A stretch of DNA of 64,000 nt from contig CM035354.1 in assembly GCA_020137815.1 (NCBI GenBank), forward strand, positions 6,076,001 through 6,140,000. Reading direction: 5' to 3'. Below the pieces are notes generated by a model, which saw nothing but the letters and a program-made list of their open reading frames with translations, searched no databases and was not told the DNA's origin. The stretch comes from Hormiphora californensis. Taxonomy: Eukaryota > Animalia > Ctenophora. Position numbers and translations under genes: made by a program. Below, in pieces: positions 25,870 through 37,758 of this stretch (position 1 is the stretch's first letter; each line of letters begins with the position of its first letter).

Positions 25870-26877
25870 ATGTCACAAAGTGGGGATGATGTGTGTAGGA
25901 GAATTATTGATGGGGAGGCTAACCCATACCAGTGTTTTGGGCTGCCTGTTCGGTGGATTGAACCGGCTACTGTGAGAAACATGTACCTGAAAATAGCTGT
26001 GAAGGTTCATCCTGACAAGAATAGTTCTTCCCTCGCTACCAAGGCCTTTCAGGTGACTGTAACCTCACACCCTCCAGTTTCTTTATCCCCCCCCCCATAG
26101 CCTTTATCCCCTCTTTAGCTTTCCCAGTTCTCTCTTTCTTTGTTGCCCATAACCCCTGGCCTTCATCGGTCATCCCCTCGCTAACCCAGTTCCACTGCCC
26201 TTCAGGTCCTATCCGAATCATTTGAACGTCTCCACGATGAGGAAGAACAGCGCCAACTTCTCTCCTCCCTGAAAAGCGGTGGTGGTGGGGGTACTAAAAG
26301 AAAGAAGAAGAAAGAGAAAGATGTGGCTGATCTGGTGCGGCAGACCAGCTCCTGGTGGAGGAAAGATTGGGAAGAAGTGGAGTCAGAGATAAGCAGAATG
26401 ACGAACGAGTTTAAGGAACACTTGGCACGGAAACAGGAAAAACACGAACGGCAACGAGAGAAGAAAATGGAGAGAAGGGAACGGAAAAATAAGAGGATTA
26501 AAAGGAATTTGGATTATCTGAAAGAGAAATACGGGATTAGTAGTAGTGACAGCAGCGACAGTGAAGATAACCAGATTCAAGGTAGCAGCAGTAGTATCGT
26601 CATGGCGGAGATATCTCGGCAGGAGCTGGAGAAGAAAGAAGAGGAAAAGGAGGAAAAGGAAAAGGAAGAAGAGAAAATCTGTTGGTTGTGTCAGCGGAGT
26701 TTCCAATCTGGGAAACTGTTACAAGTTCACAGAGAGAAATCTCAGTTACATAAGGACAATCTTGCGAAACAAGAACAGAAAAACAATGCCAGTGCAGCTG
26801 CTGAGGCAGCGCCCTCTGGGTCTGGGGGTGGTGGCAGTAAGGGTGGGTTCAAGAACACTTTTAGTACAGTCACGTGA
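25870..26877 (+). CDS. J-domain (DnaJ class C) protein with a C-terminal RBM5/10-type C2H2 finger
   Basis: NPYQCFGL..YLKIAVKVHPDKN..ATKAFQ|VLSESFERL and CWLCQRSFQSGKLLQVHREKSQLHKDNL. Exons 25870-26052 and 26206-26877. An upstream in-frame ATG also exists at 25825. Confidence 0.8.
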
Positions 26878-27022
26878 AGAACTGGGAATATTATTTTGTT
26901 TGATGTTTTGTACAGATAACTTTGCGGTATTTAGGTGACCCATCTGGACCAATTGCAAGGTTTAGGTGACCCATTACCCCAGTAGTATAACTGACCTCCA
27001 CATAATTTGTACTAGCTGTGTT

Positions 27023-27602
27023 ATGAATAAACCGCCCACTGGAGAGGATTTGTTGACATTTTTCAAGAGTCTTGACGAGTTTACCCCGAGTCTTCCAGAC
27101 TCCCTCACCGCCCACTATCTGGCACAGGCGGGCCTACACACTTCAGACCCCCGAATTGTAAGTAATTAGGTGCATGTTAAATTGGGTGTTACCCTAATCA
27201 GGTGTATAATAAGATCTGTACTACTTTTTTTAGAACTGAAGTTGGGAAGAAAGTCACCCCTACATTTATTGCGTGTGTGTCTGAAGATATCAAATCTACT
27301 TCCTAATTAGATCCGTAGTTAGCTTGTTAGCATGAAAATTGCTATCACCAAGTAATAAGTATCCATATTTTTCTTTTTCCAACCCCTCCCTCTCCCAGAT
27401 CAGACTGGTATCCCTGGCAGCCCAGAAGTTTGTCACAGAAGTTGCAGCAGATGCGCTAGTCCACAGTACCATGAGGGGTAACCCCTCCACAGGGGGTAGC
27501 AAGAAGAGCAGGGACAAGAGGAATTATCTGACAGTGGAGGATTTACAACCTGCATTAGCTGATATGGGTGTTAATATTAAGAAACCTGCCTACTACATGT
27601 GA
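27023..27602 (+). CDS. TAF10: TFIID/SAGA subunit TAF10
   Basis: LDEFTPSLPDSLTAHYL..SDPRI|IRLVSLAAQKFV..LTVEDLQPAL..KKPAYY. Exons 27023-27157 and 27399-27602. Confidence 0.95.
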
Positions 27603-27918
27603 ACAATATGGGACAGTTCATTATGTGAAGAACATGAACATTCTGTCAGAGACAAGCATCCCTGAACATTATTGAGGCTTCCTTTTATCTTCTCTCAATG
27701 TTGTGTCGCGTGTTTGTTTGTTTGTTTATTTTTGTGTGTTTTAGTTAAACTCTTGTACAATACAGAATATAATGCAATTTCAAATGTTTCATGTATCCCC
27801 TTTTCCTGAAGACCCTAGCCCCTCTAGAGTCTCTACCCATGTCTCACAAAAGACTGCCCTCTCCGATACCAATTGACTATTATAACCCCTACTAACAACC
27901 ACACGACTACCTAGCAGA

Positions 27919-28578
27919 ATGACATACCCGCTAAAGGTGGATTATTGCGGTATCTGCTCCCTTCCTCCTGAGTACTGTGAGAATGGGCCACTTTTTGAGA
28001 AATGTAAGGAGTGGATGGAGGACAACCTACCAGATCACTATGCCAGACTTATCCTCAACAAGACACAGGTAAGAGTGGAGAAGCCCCCTCATCTCCTTGG
28101 AGAAGTTGTTATGTATCTAGCTAATTGACAGTGAAACTCCCCCACACATGACACATGACTCCCAAGCTATCTTTATCCAGAGAGAGAGAAATGCTCTAAA
28201 ATCCTGATTTCTCCCTCCTACAGGAAGAGTTAGAAGCGATGACACTGGGTAACGGTAAAAAGAAGCAGACTCGGGGTGGCAAGGCAATGAAAAACCTAAC
28301 CAAGAAACAGGACGTCCAGAAACAAGTGGCAGTAGGTCGATCAATGCGGGCCAGAAAGAAGTACGTGACCTTGATTCGAGGTCTGAAAACATGCGATATG
28401 AACTTGAAAAAGTGCAGTAAAGCATTCGGTCAGAAGTTTGCCTGTGGTTCTTCAGTAACGGGGGATGATGAGATCACAGTGCAGGGAGATGTTATTGATG
28501 ATATTAATGGACTTCATCGCTGAAGAGCTTGGTATTGATGCAGATCTTGTTGTAGATGTTGGTGATATAAAGGATTGA
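27919..28578 (+). CDS. DENR: Density-regulated protein (SUI1-domain reinitiation factor); +1 indel near 28506
   Basis: YPLKVDYCGICSLPPEYCE, KQTRGGK, FGQKFACGSSVTGDDEITVQGD. The conserved C-terminus MDFIAEELGIDADLVVDVGDIKD* is in the +1 frame. Exons 27919-28068 and 28224-28578. Confidence 0.93.
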
Positions 28579-28832
28579 AATTATATTTGTGTGTTGCTTT
28601 TTTTCAATTGTAGAAAATGGGTTTTGTAAGACTGTGTGTTGTATTTAGAGTGTGTTTCGTTGTTGAAACTTCCTTTATCAACCCTGGGGTTAGACTCGAT
28701 AATTCCGTCTTTCTTATCCACCTCTTCGAACTCCCCTAATTTAACTTCCAGTTTTCTCTCCCTACCTCTACAAACATGTTTTCCAGCTCCCCTTTATTGC
28801 TAACCCCACCATATTCCCAGTAGTTGTCCATT

Positions 28833-30137
28833 ATGGAGACGATTGTTGCGGAGGGAGCCCCAGTTCTAGAGGAGAACCCGGACAAGGCTGTTCCGGAGGA
28901 GGCCGTCACGGCTGAGAATAATCAAAACCAGGAAAACACCACAACTCCTGTTATGATAGAGGAAAGTGTTGAGAAGGTCACGGAGACTGAAGAAGCTGTT
29001 CTAGAAGATGAGGTAGCTGGTGAAGAGAATACTGCTGAGGGGGAGGTTGAGGAGGCTCCTGCTACTGTTGAAGACGAGCCTGTGTTAGAAGAGTCTGTGT
29101 TGGAAGAGGCAGAAGAGTCTGTTTTGGAAGAGGCAGAAGAATCTGTACTAGAAGAACCTGCAACAATAACAGAAGAAGCGGCTCCTGTTTCACGACAGGA
29201 GCAGAAGGAGGGTGCAGGAGAGGGTGTGGTTGAGGAGACCCCTACTCAGGGGGAAGAAGAGGTAATGGACAGTACTGATGTTGGTAGAGAGATCACCCTG
29301 GACGATCTGAAGGATATGGACAATCTAGATTCAACCAAGGTCTATGAGCCCTACGATCAGAGCATGGTGGCAGGTAACGAGAGTCTAGGTGATGAACTTG
29401 GAGATGATCTAGGAGACGAGGATGATGAGGAGGATGATTTCAATGAAGAGAAGACAGGAACTAGGACCATGGCGTACAAGGGTCCTGAGGGAGAGGAAGA
29501 AGAACAAGATGAGGAAGAAGAGTGTGAGAGTCCCCAAAAAGGAACAAAACGAGAGCGGGAAGAGGATGAACAACAGGGAGAGATGGAAGGGGAGGAAGGT
29601 ATGACTCCGCAACCAAAGAAGAGGGTCACCTACAAGTGTTCTGTGTGTAAACTGAGGACGGTCAACAAGAACGAGATGATTCAGCACATGAAGTCACACA
29701 GGACACCCCGAGTTACCAAGAACTACCGGTGTAGTGTGTGTAACTACAGCTCAACTGACCGGAACATTCTAGTGAAGCACATTTCTATTCATAATGGAGG
29801 GAAGCCCTACCAGTGTAGGTCCTGTAATTTCGAGACTTCCCGAAGTGCCCATCTTGTGGAGCATTGCAAGATTCACACAGGCGATAAGCCCCATAAATGC
29901 TCCCTCTGTGAGTATAGTTCCGCTCGGAAAAGTGATCTCGCCCGACACAACCGAATCCACACGGGAGAGAACTTGTATCGGTGTCAACACTGTGATTACA
30001 CGACCATCCGGAACAGCGACTTGGTCCGGCACACCCGGATTCACACGGGTGAGAACCTGTTCCGGTGTAAGTACTGCGACTACAAAACCGTACGAAACAG
30101 CGATCTAATCCGGCACAACCGAACCCACACGAAATGA
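28833..30137 (+). CDS. REST-like C2H2 zinc-finger protein A (acidic N-terminus, 6 fingers), intronless
   Basis: CxxCxY..L..H...HTGE repeats and an E-rich N-terminus. First ATG after the acceptor is at 28833. Confidence 0.88.
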   Translation: METIVAEGAPVLEENPDKAVPEEAVTAENNQNQENTTTPVMIEESVEKVTETEEAVLEDEVAGEENTAEGEVEEAPATVEDEPVLEESVLEEAEESVLEEAEESVLEEPATITEEAAPVSRQEQKEGAGEGVVEETPTQGEEEVMDSTDVGREITLDDLKDMDNLDSTKVYEPYDQSMVAGNESLGDELGDDLGDEDDEEDDFNEEKTGTRTMAYKGPEGEEEEQDEEEECESPQKGTKREREEDEQQGEMEGEEGMTPQPKKRVTYKCSVCKLRTVNKNEMIQHMKSHRTPRVTKNYRCSVCNYSSTDRNILVKHISIHNGGKPYQCRSCNFETSRSAHLVEHCKIHTGDKPHKCSLCEYSSARKSDLARHNRIHTGENLYRCQHCDYTTIRNSDLVRHTRIHTGENLFRCKYCDYKTVRNSDLIRHNRTHTK

Positions 30138-31038
30138 TTTCATCCTGGACCTGAAAATGTTTCCAAAAAGACACTGCTGACCTGTTGGAGTCCCTTCCCC
30201 CTGCAATAGATTCGTTATCGTTTCCGCATTACGACACTGTTTTATCTCACATCAACGTACAGCTCCTAAATGTCACGAAAATCCCTTAAAACATGATAAC
30301 AGAAGCTCCTAAAAACACGTTTCCATTGAGTGTAGTATTATTTCTAAACTCGATATTGGACAGTATACATATATTCAATACTAAACTGTTTCCCTTTTTT
30401 CGTGTTTGACGCGTAGGTGATTTACCCAGTTATCTCAGGCGTTGAGTGATCGGGGGTTTGGGGTGGTTCCATTTTTAATTCTAGTCGACATTTAATCGAT
30501 TATAGTATTTGAGTGTGAGATTGAGAGTGATATTATTCAGAAACATGTATCTGGGAAACCGGACGAAAGATATGTGGTGAAGTTTAGAGAGTGTTTAAAG
30601 TGCAAGGTGCAATATTTAATATCTTTTGAGATTCAATATCTGCAAAAAACAAGGACATCTTCATCGAAAAAGGGTCGTTTTCACTCAAAATGTTTTATAG
30701 GATGAATTACATTCCAGTTTTATCTGTTTCATCCACTACTTTTAGCACAAATGCCTTTGTGTCCGTTAATTGTATCCTATATATATTGAAAATCAACCAT
30801 GCCCGTGTTTTATTAGTGTCTATCCCGATACCCAGACCCCCCAAATTTGTATTGCAATATTATCCACCCCTTCTACCCATTTAATTATACCCCCCTATAA
30901 TCTATATTCTTCCCCTTCCCCGGCCCCCTATATTCTACCCCGCCCCCTTCTAACCAGAACTCTATTCCCATCTAGGCATCATCCAATGTAAATAGCTCCT
31001 CTGGTCCTAACAACACACACAACCCAGTCACACACAAT

Positions 31039-31956
31039 ATGGAGGAACCCCTGAGTAACGTAATGGAGCCTCTACCACACACCCAGGATGGCGAGGAGGA
31101 GATCTCATTTAACGAGGAAGCAGCCCCGGGGAAGAACGGAGATCCCAACAAGACTCAGGTGTATGAGCCTTACGATCAGAGCATGATGGGGAATGACACG
31201 CTAGGAGATGAGGATGATGAGGAGGATGATTTCAATGAAGAGAAGACAGGGACTAGGACCATGGCGTACAAGGGCCCTGAGGGAGAGGATGAAGAGGAGG
31301 AGGAGGAGGAGGAGGAGAGTCCACAGAAGAATCTCAAGAGGCCTCTTGAAGATCAGCAGCAGATGGAGGGGGATGAGAATGACATGATGGATCACCAGGA
31401 GGAGCAAGAGGAGGTATTGGAACATCAACCTAAGAAGAGGGTCACCTACAAGTGTTCTGTGTGTAAACTGAGGACAAGCAACAAGAATGAGATGATTCAG
31501 CACATGAAGTCACACAGGACACCCCGAGTTACCAAGAACTACCGGTGTAGTGTGTGTAACTTTAGTTCGACGGATCGGAATCTGCTCGTGAAACATATTG
31601 CCATCCACAATGGAGGGAAACCATACCAATGTAGGTCTTGTAACTTTGAAACTAGCAGGAGCTCTCAACTTGTTGAACACTGTAAAATCCACACAGGTGA
31701 TAAACCGTTTAAATGTCCGCTGTGCGACTACAGCTGTACTAGGAAGAGTGACCTCGCCCGACACAACCGAATCCACACGGGAGAGAACTTGTATCGGTGT
31801 CAACACTGTGATTACACGACCATCCGGAACAGCGACTTGGTCCGGCACACCCGGATTCACACGGGTGAGAACCTGTTCCGGTGTAAGTACTGCGACTACA
31901 AAACCGTCCGAAACAGCGATCTAATCCGACACAACAGGACCCACAACAGAGGGTAA
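31039..31956 (+). CDS. REST-like C2H2 zinc-finger protein B, tandem paralog of A
   Basis: Near-identical finger array and a shared VYEPYDQSM..EEKTGTRTMAYKGPEGE motif. Confidence 0.88.
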   Translation: MEEPLSNVMEPLPHTQDGEEEISFNEEAAPGKNGDPNKTQVYEPYDQSMMGNDTLGDEDDEEDDFNEEKTGTRTMAYKGPEGEDEEEEEEEEESPQKNLKRPLEDQQQMEGDENDMMDHQEEQEEVLEHQPKKRVTYKCSVCKLRTSNKNEMIQHMKSHRTPRVTKNYRCSVCNFSSTDRNLLVKHIAIHNGGKPYQCRSCNFETSRSSQLVEHCKIHTGDKPFKCPLCDYSCTRKSDLARHNRIHTGENLYRCQHCDYTTIRNSDLVRHTRIHTGENLFRCKYCDYKTVRNSDLIRHNRTHNRG

Positions 31957-32483
31957 CCATAGTAACCAGGACTGTGAGAGGGGAACATGTGTATTATTAT
32001 CCCCACAAGTTTTTGAGCGTGAAAGAACGGTTGTTGTTTCAATATATTTTGCAGCCTTCAACTAACTACTTGATTTATTTGAATCTATATCGATCAGTCT
32101 ATATATAATTACACGTTGAGTATGTGAATGTGAGCCGATATGATAATCAGTGTTTTCTCCTTTAGTATTCATTTCAAGAGGTCTGAATCAGGGTTATAGG
32201 TTGGCTGGAGGGAGAGAGAGCTTCTGTAATGATTCTTATTGCAAGGGGGCTTTGTAAACAATATATCAAATATATACCAAGAGAGTAGGATGGGAATATA
32301 TCATCTTTCTGTCTATTTCTGTCCAGCTATTGTACTATTCTATCGTTATTAACAAAATACTGAGTTTTTGATCGTCTACAATCCCATCTACAACCATTAT
32401 CCATTCTGATTCCAAAACCTAACCCCTCTCTTGCCTCAGTAGGTGCGTAGCGGATGTAGAATCTCCCCTACTCTTCCTGCAAA

Positions 32484-33597
32484 ATGGATGGACCCCATCA
32501 CCCTTTAGAGGTGGCCCCCTTAGCACCACTCCACCACTACTCAGCCGAACACCACCACACTTCTTCGGACCACCATCATAACGACCATCACCATACCTCT
32601 ACCGAACACCACCACCATCCCTCTACTGACCATCACTACTCGCCTGAAAACCATCCCTCTACTGATGACCATCATCCCTCTACTGACCATCACTACTCGC
32701 CTGAAAACCATCCCTCTACTGATGACCATCATCCCTCTACTGATGACCACCACCACCACCACCATTACGATGAGGAGGAGGTCGTTATTGAGCCTCCAGG
32801 ATCCTTCCCCAACACCACCCCTTATACTGAAGAGGAGGGAGGGCTTGAGAAGGAGAAGGAGTGTTATGCTGCCACAATGGTAGAAGAAGAAGAGGGAGAT
32901 GTTGATGATGATGATGAAATGGTAAAGGGTGGTGCTAAAAAAGAGTTCTCCTGCGAGTATTGCATGTATAGCACTAACAGGCGGAGTGATTTGAATAGGC
33001 ACATCAGAGCACACACGGGTGAGAACTTGTTCCACTGTGGCAAATGCGACTATAAAACAGCTCGGAAAAGTGATCTTCGACGGCATTTCCTGCTACACTC
33101 GGGCGAGAAACAATTCAAATGTGGGGTCTGCGCCTTTACAACCACTAGAAAACAGGTGCTGCTAAAACACATGCAACACCATACATCCAAGTTAAAAAAG
33201 GGCAGGGTGATCCTTGTTCAGGCTACAAAGGAAGGCCAGAAGGTGATCAACACCAATGCCCTGGCTGATCTAGCTCCTGAGACACCCCGAAGGAGAAAAC
33301 CCCGAACAGACCCCACCAACTCTGAGACAGGGAGAATGTACACTTGTGAGCAAGTGTTCTTTTGTATCCAACTGCAGGAAATCGTACCACGAACACAGAC
33401 TAACGCACGGCAAGGAAGCAGAAATGGAAATGTCCTATGTGTGGGTATACAACGTTACGGAAAAGTGACGTCACACGACACTTTAATATTCATATTGACA
33501 ATGTTTTCAAGTGCGAACTATGTGTGATTATAAGACTGTTCGGCAGAGCGACTTCCTGAGGCATGGGAAGATCCATGCAAAGGGGAAATATAGTTGA
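32484..33597 (+). CDS. REST-like C2H2 zinc-finger protein C with His-rich N-terminus; the last three fingers are broken by indels (~33351, ~33421, ~33521)
   Basis: Three fingers lie in the ORF. Shifted frames continue CSFVSNCRKSYHEHRLTH, KWKCPMCGYTTLRKSDVTRHFNIH and CDYKTVRQSDFLRHGKIH..*. Confidence 0.8.
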
Positions 33598-34252
33598 TCC
33601 TTGATAGAGGGGTAGATATTCTACTGAGATATGGACTCGTTGTTTTGGGACTGGTTGATTCTTTTTGAAGGACTTTGTTTTTCTTTGCTATTTTCAACTA
33701 CTATGTATCTGTGTATGTGCGAGATGTGTATTTTGGGTGTCTCTTCTTTTTTTAATTTAAATGTCCACAGAGACGGAAGGAAAATATATATGTTAATGTT
33801 TGAAATAATATTCCTGTCTTTTTGTAAAAGGCAGATGTTGAAATTAAATGTTGAGTTAGTCAAACTATAATAACTATGCGTGCTATTTTTTTGTATTTAA
33901 ATATCGGTGTTTAACTCTCCCAATCCCCCCCCCCCCCAATCCCTCTCCAGCTCCCATATATAACTCTTATTATGCTCAATCTCTCTACTGCATATCGCGG
34001 TAGGTCTACATCCCCTTGTACAATGTGTGGAGTGTGAGCCGGGCGGCGCGAACTCCGAATCCCTCGGGTATGGCGAGAACACATAGGACCCAGTGTGACC
34101 GCACTCAAATTATGTGCGCGTTAAGCGCGTTTGTTGTACGTATGCGCGTCCGCCATATTTGCCCGCCCAAACTCCACATCTCTGTCCCTGCCCCCTTCAA
34201 TTGGCTAATTAACCCAGTGACTCACCCATTTCCCTTCTCTAGCTAATGGAGA

Positions 34253-34511
34253 ATGGTCTACTTTATTGTCAGTAACGTCCCGGAGAAATACCGATCCTGT
34301 GATATGAGGCGGCATTTCAAGCAGTTCACTGAGGCGGGATGGTTTGAATGTTTCCATTATCGACACCGGCCTGAAACTACCCCTGCAACTACAGCCAACA
34401 AGGTTTGTGTGTGTGTGTGTGTATATTTAGCATACACTATATCACTGTCTTTCGTTCACACTTTTACACAACACGGTGTAACATGTTACACGTCGTCAAT
34501 TTGTTATTTGC

Positions 34512-34572
<61 letters not shown>

Positions 34573-37334
34573 GAAACCAACATGTTGCTGTGTAGTGCGT
34601 GTATTGGATGGACAGGGCGACAAGTTTCTAGATACCTACCATCACAAGATATGGTGGAGAGAGGACGAGCACGATGGTATGGAGAATAGTTTGGGTGTTG
34701 CAGTCATACTACAACGAACAAAGTCAGGTACATATGTGTGTGTTTCTTTGTAATTTCCTTCGCAACATATCCCTGATACTTTGCTATTACCCAATATATG
34801 CGAGGGTTAGAATATAAAAAGTGGCTATATATCAGTGGTCATCCGACATAATTGCCATACCTCGACGTGAAATTCGACCTGAATCTCGACCTGGAATGAG
34901 ACGCGCATTCGTAGTGAGAGAGACACAAAGACTAACGAGAGAGAAGAGTTGAAGCGCGACATCATTTTCTTACTGCGGCACATCTCTCTGATGCGCGCCT
35001 CATTCCAGGTCGAGATTCAGGTCGAAATTCACGTCGGAATATGTCGGATGACCACTGTATGACCCCATTTCTCTCTCCCAGAGCTTGGTAAATTGCTGTC
35101 CCTCCCTGAGTTGAATCCCCCTTCTGTTATGAAGGCGGGTAATGTCGGCACTCCCACTGCTGTCTTCCTAGACCTGGTTCAAAGGTGCAAACTACCCCCA
35201 CCAATTATCAAGGTTGGTGTAAAGAGAGTTCCTATACAATTCTTGAACATTCTGTATTGGGGGGGGGGGCCGGCTGAAGTTTTTGAAGTTTGAAGTTTTC
35301 CACCCTACTTTTTGAGTTTTTGAAGTTTTTGAAGTTGACTTCAAAAACTTCAAAAACTTCAAAAACTCTAAACTACTTTTATATGCTATCAGTGACTATT
35401 ATTACACTTGTTTAGGTTAGTTTCATGCTTGATACATATTGTGGCAAAGTTATCCGTCCTTGTCTGCCCTTTTTTTACCACAAATTAGGATATTTACAAT
35501 GATTCCTAGCCATGAAATCCATGGCACAATTTGGTGTAAAAAATTAAATTTTTTTGTAAAAACAGATTTCATTTTCATTCTATAACTCAAAAAGTTGCCT
35601 AGAAAGTGCTAAGAAAGTGTTTAAAAATTATGAAGTAAATTTTCAAAAATTTTTTTGGGGCCACACCCTTTTTGCCAGTTTCACAAAATGCAAATTTTTT
35701 ATTAAGGGAGTAGTGAAAAAAATATGGACACCAAAATCATCAGCGGCCTCGAGTTTATATAAGAGTTATGAAGCAACATAGGGCCTATCTCCAACGGTTT
35801 AGGAGACATGAGTTTTTGAAGTTTTTGAGGTTTTTGAAGTTTTCCACCCTAAGTTTCTCTTTGAAGTTTTTGAAGTTGACTTCAAAAACTTCAAAAACTT
35901 CAGCCGGCCCCCCCCCCCCTCTGTATTGAGCATTCCATCTGTTTCAACCTGTCAATTTTTTCAATTTTCGTTATCCAAAATTAATCGCTAAAGTCCAAAG
36001 TTGATGTCTGTGTAGTGAGGTTTACCTGTCCCCTCTCATTTCAGTAGAAGCTAAAGTTGGAGTTTCCCCGGACAATTAAAAGAAAACAGTACAGTGCTGT
36101 ACCCCCCATTGTGGGATCTTGGGAATACCCCGCCACCAGTAGTGAACAAACAACCAGTAGTAGTGAGCCATCAAGTAGTGAAGCATCAACCAGTAGCAGC
36201 GACCATTTGATCAGTAAGGAGCCCACTAAACCATCTACCAGCCAGACACCCTCCGAAGTAGAGTCTAAAGGAGATGAACCTAATGATAAGGGGAGGGGTA
36301 AGAGACGGAAGGAGGAGAGTTGGTGGAGTGAGGAAGAGAGGAAGGAAGAGCATGATGGATCAGAGGACTGGGAGAGACACGAAACATTTCACAATGATGT
36401 TGGAACTCAGGTAACTGGCGTTATTGTCTTTACTTCTCTATAACCAGAAGTTTCTGAATTATTGATGACGAGAGTCCGTATATAATTCATTAATTCATTT
36501 ATAATTCATTTATTAATTAGTAATTATGTAATTAATTCCCACAGGATCGAACAAAGGAGAAGCTGTTTGAGGAAGATATGGAGATTGTGTGGGACAAGGG
36601 CTCCTCTGGTTTGGTGTTCTACACTGATGCTAACTTCTGGGCTGACTTAGAGGGAAAAGGTATGGACAACGTCTTCAAATCATTCACATTATTCTGCTTT
36701 TCAATGTGAACCCCATTTTCTTTCCCAGTTCTCTCCTGTAACTCTACCCTCCACTTCAGACACGGATGGGTTGTGGGCTGATGAATGGGATGTTGATATG
36801 GGGGTATATGAGGGACACCATGGGGACAAGGATGCAAGGGATACCGCTGAAAAGAGAGAAAGTGAACAGTTCAGGAAGTTTGGGGATGTGGAAGAGGAAG
36901 TGGGAGATTTCGAGAGACATACCAAGGTACATAGAGAGATGAAATTAGAAAGTAGTTTCCAATACTTCACTCAGACTTTACAGTTTGACAGTAGTCTCCA
37001 CTGACCTCAACTAACAGCTAACATTCTCCAGGGTTTTGGTGGAAGAATAATGAGACAGCAAGGCTGGAGTACAGGTGACGGACTTGGCAGATCGACCATT
37101 GGAATGATTGAGCCAATCACAGCCGAGAACCCTAAACACCCCAGGGACAAGGGAGGTCTGGGGTACCGGGGAGAGAGTCTGTTAGATGCGATCAGGAAGA
37201 ATAATCCTAAACCTATCACTGAGCCTATGATAGGGAGCAAATATGATAATGTGATAGATCACAGAGACTCTGTGAGAAGGACTGAAGATCCTACAGCGAT
37301 GAAATATCGGAAGTTTGAGAAGAAACCGAAATGA
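34253..37334 (+). CDS. GPATCH3: G-patch domain-containing protein 3
   Basis: CFHYRHRPE, LPELNPPSVMKAGNVGTP, EDWERHE, WDKGSSGLVFYTDA, ADEWDVDM and the G-patch GFGGRIMRQQGW..GDGLG. Exons 34253-34402, 34574-34727, 35082-35212, 36048-36410, 36545-36659, 36760-36926 and 37032-37334. Confidence 0.92.
34833..35057. mobile_element. 225-bp hairpin MITE (CAGT...ACTG) in GPATCH3 intron 2
   Basis: CAGTGGTCATCCGACATA / TATGTCGGATGACCACTG plus a long internal inverted repeat. TAT on both flanks. Confidence 0.8.
35260..35919. mobile_element. Non-autonomous Mutator-like element with G-run termini and 9-bp TSD
   Basis: TSD TCTGTATTG (35251-35259, 35920-35928). TIR GGGG..GCCGGCTGAAGTTTTTGAAG. TTGAAGTTT subrepeats. 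Confidence 0.85.
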
Positions 37335-37419
37335 GTGGGTTGTGTAAATGTTTATGTTTGTTTGTTTATCAATTGGAATTGGATTTATTGAATTCTTGAC
37401 CTCTAATGAGTTGAATATT

Positions 37420-37740
37420 ATCTTTTGGTACGCAAAAACCGGGGAAATCTCGGGACTGAAAATTGGCACGCGCAAATACATTTTGCGCAGGGCAAAAATT
37501 CCGCTGCGCGCTTCAAATTATTGAAAATAATTTTATTTCCGACACAAAAAAATCGCGTCTGCCAACAAAAATTTTCCGTTCGCTGGTTGAAAAGCGCTGC
37601 CTTATCCCGCGCTGCGCGGGGGCCAGCAACGTTTGCCAAGTTCGCTGGTGGCGTTTTTGCTCGTTTTAGCGTTATCAAAAGGCGTTCCTGTATCCGTTTT
37701 AATCGAAATTAAGCCGAGATACATATCCATAGTTGCTACC
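37420..37740 (+). promoter_or_regulatory. CpG/GCGC-rich putative promoter upstream of PPP1R7
   Basis: Shares a 23-mer with the 17.7-kb island and a 13-mer with the 21.9-kb island. Confidence 0.45.
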
Positions 37741-37758
37741 ACTAATTTTTAGCGTATC

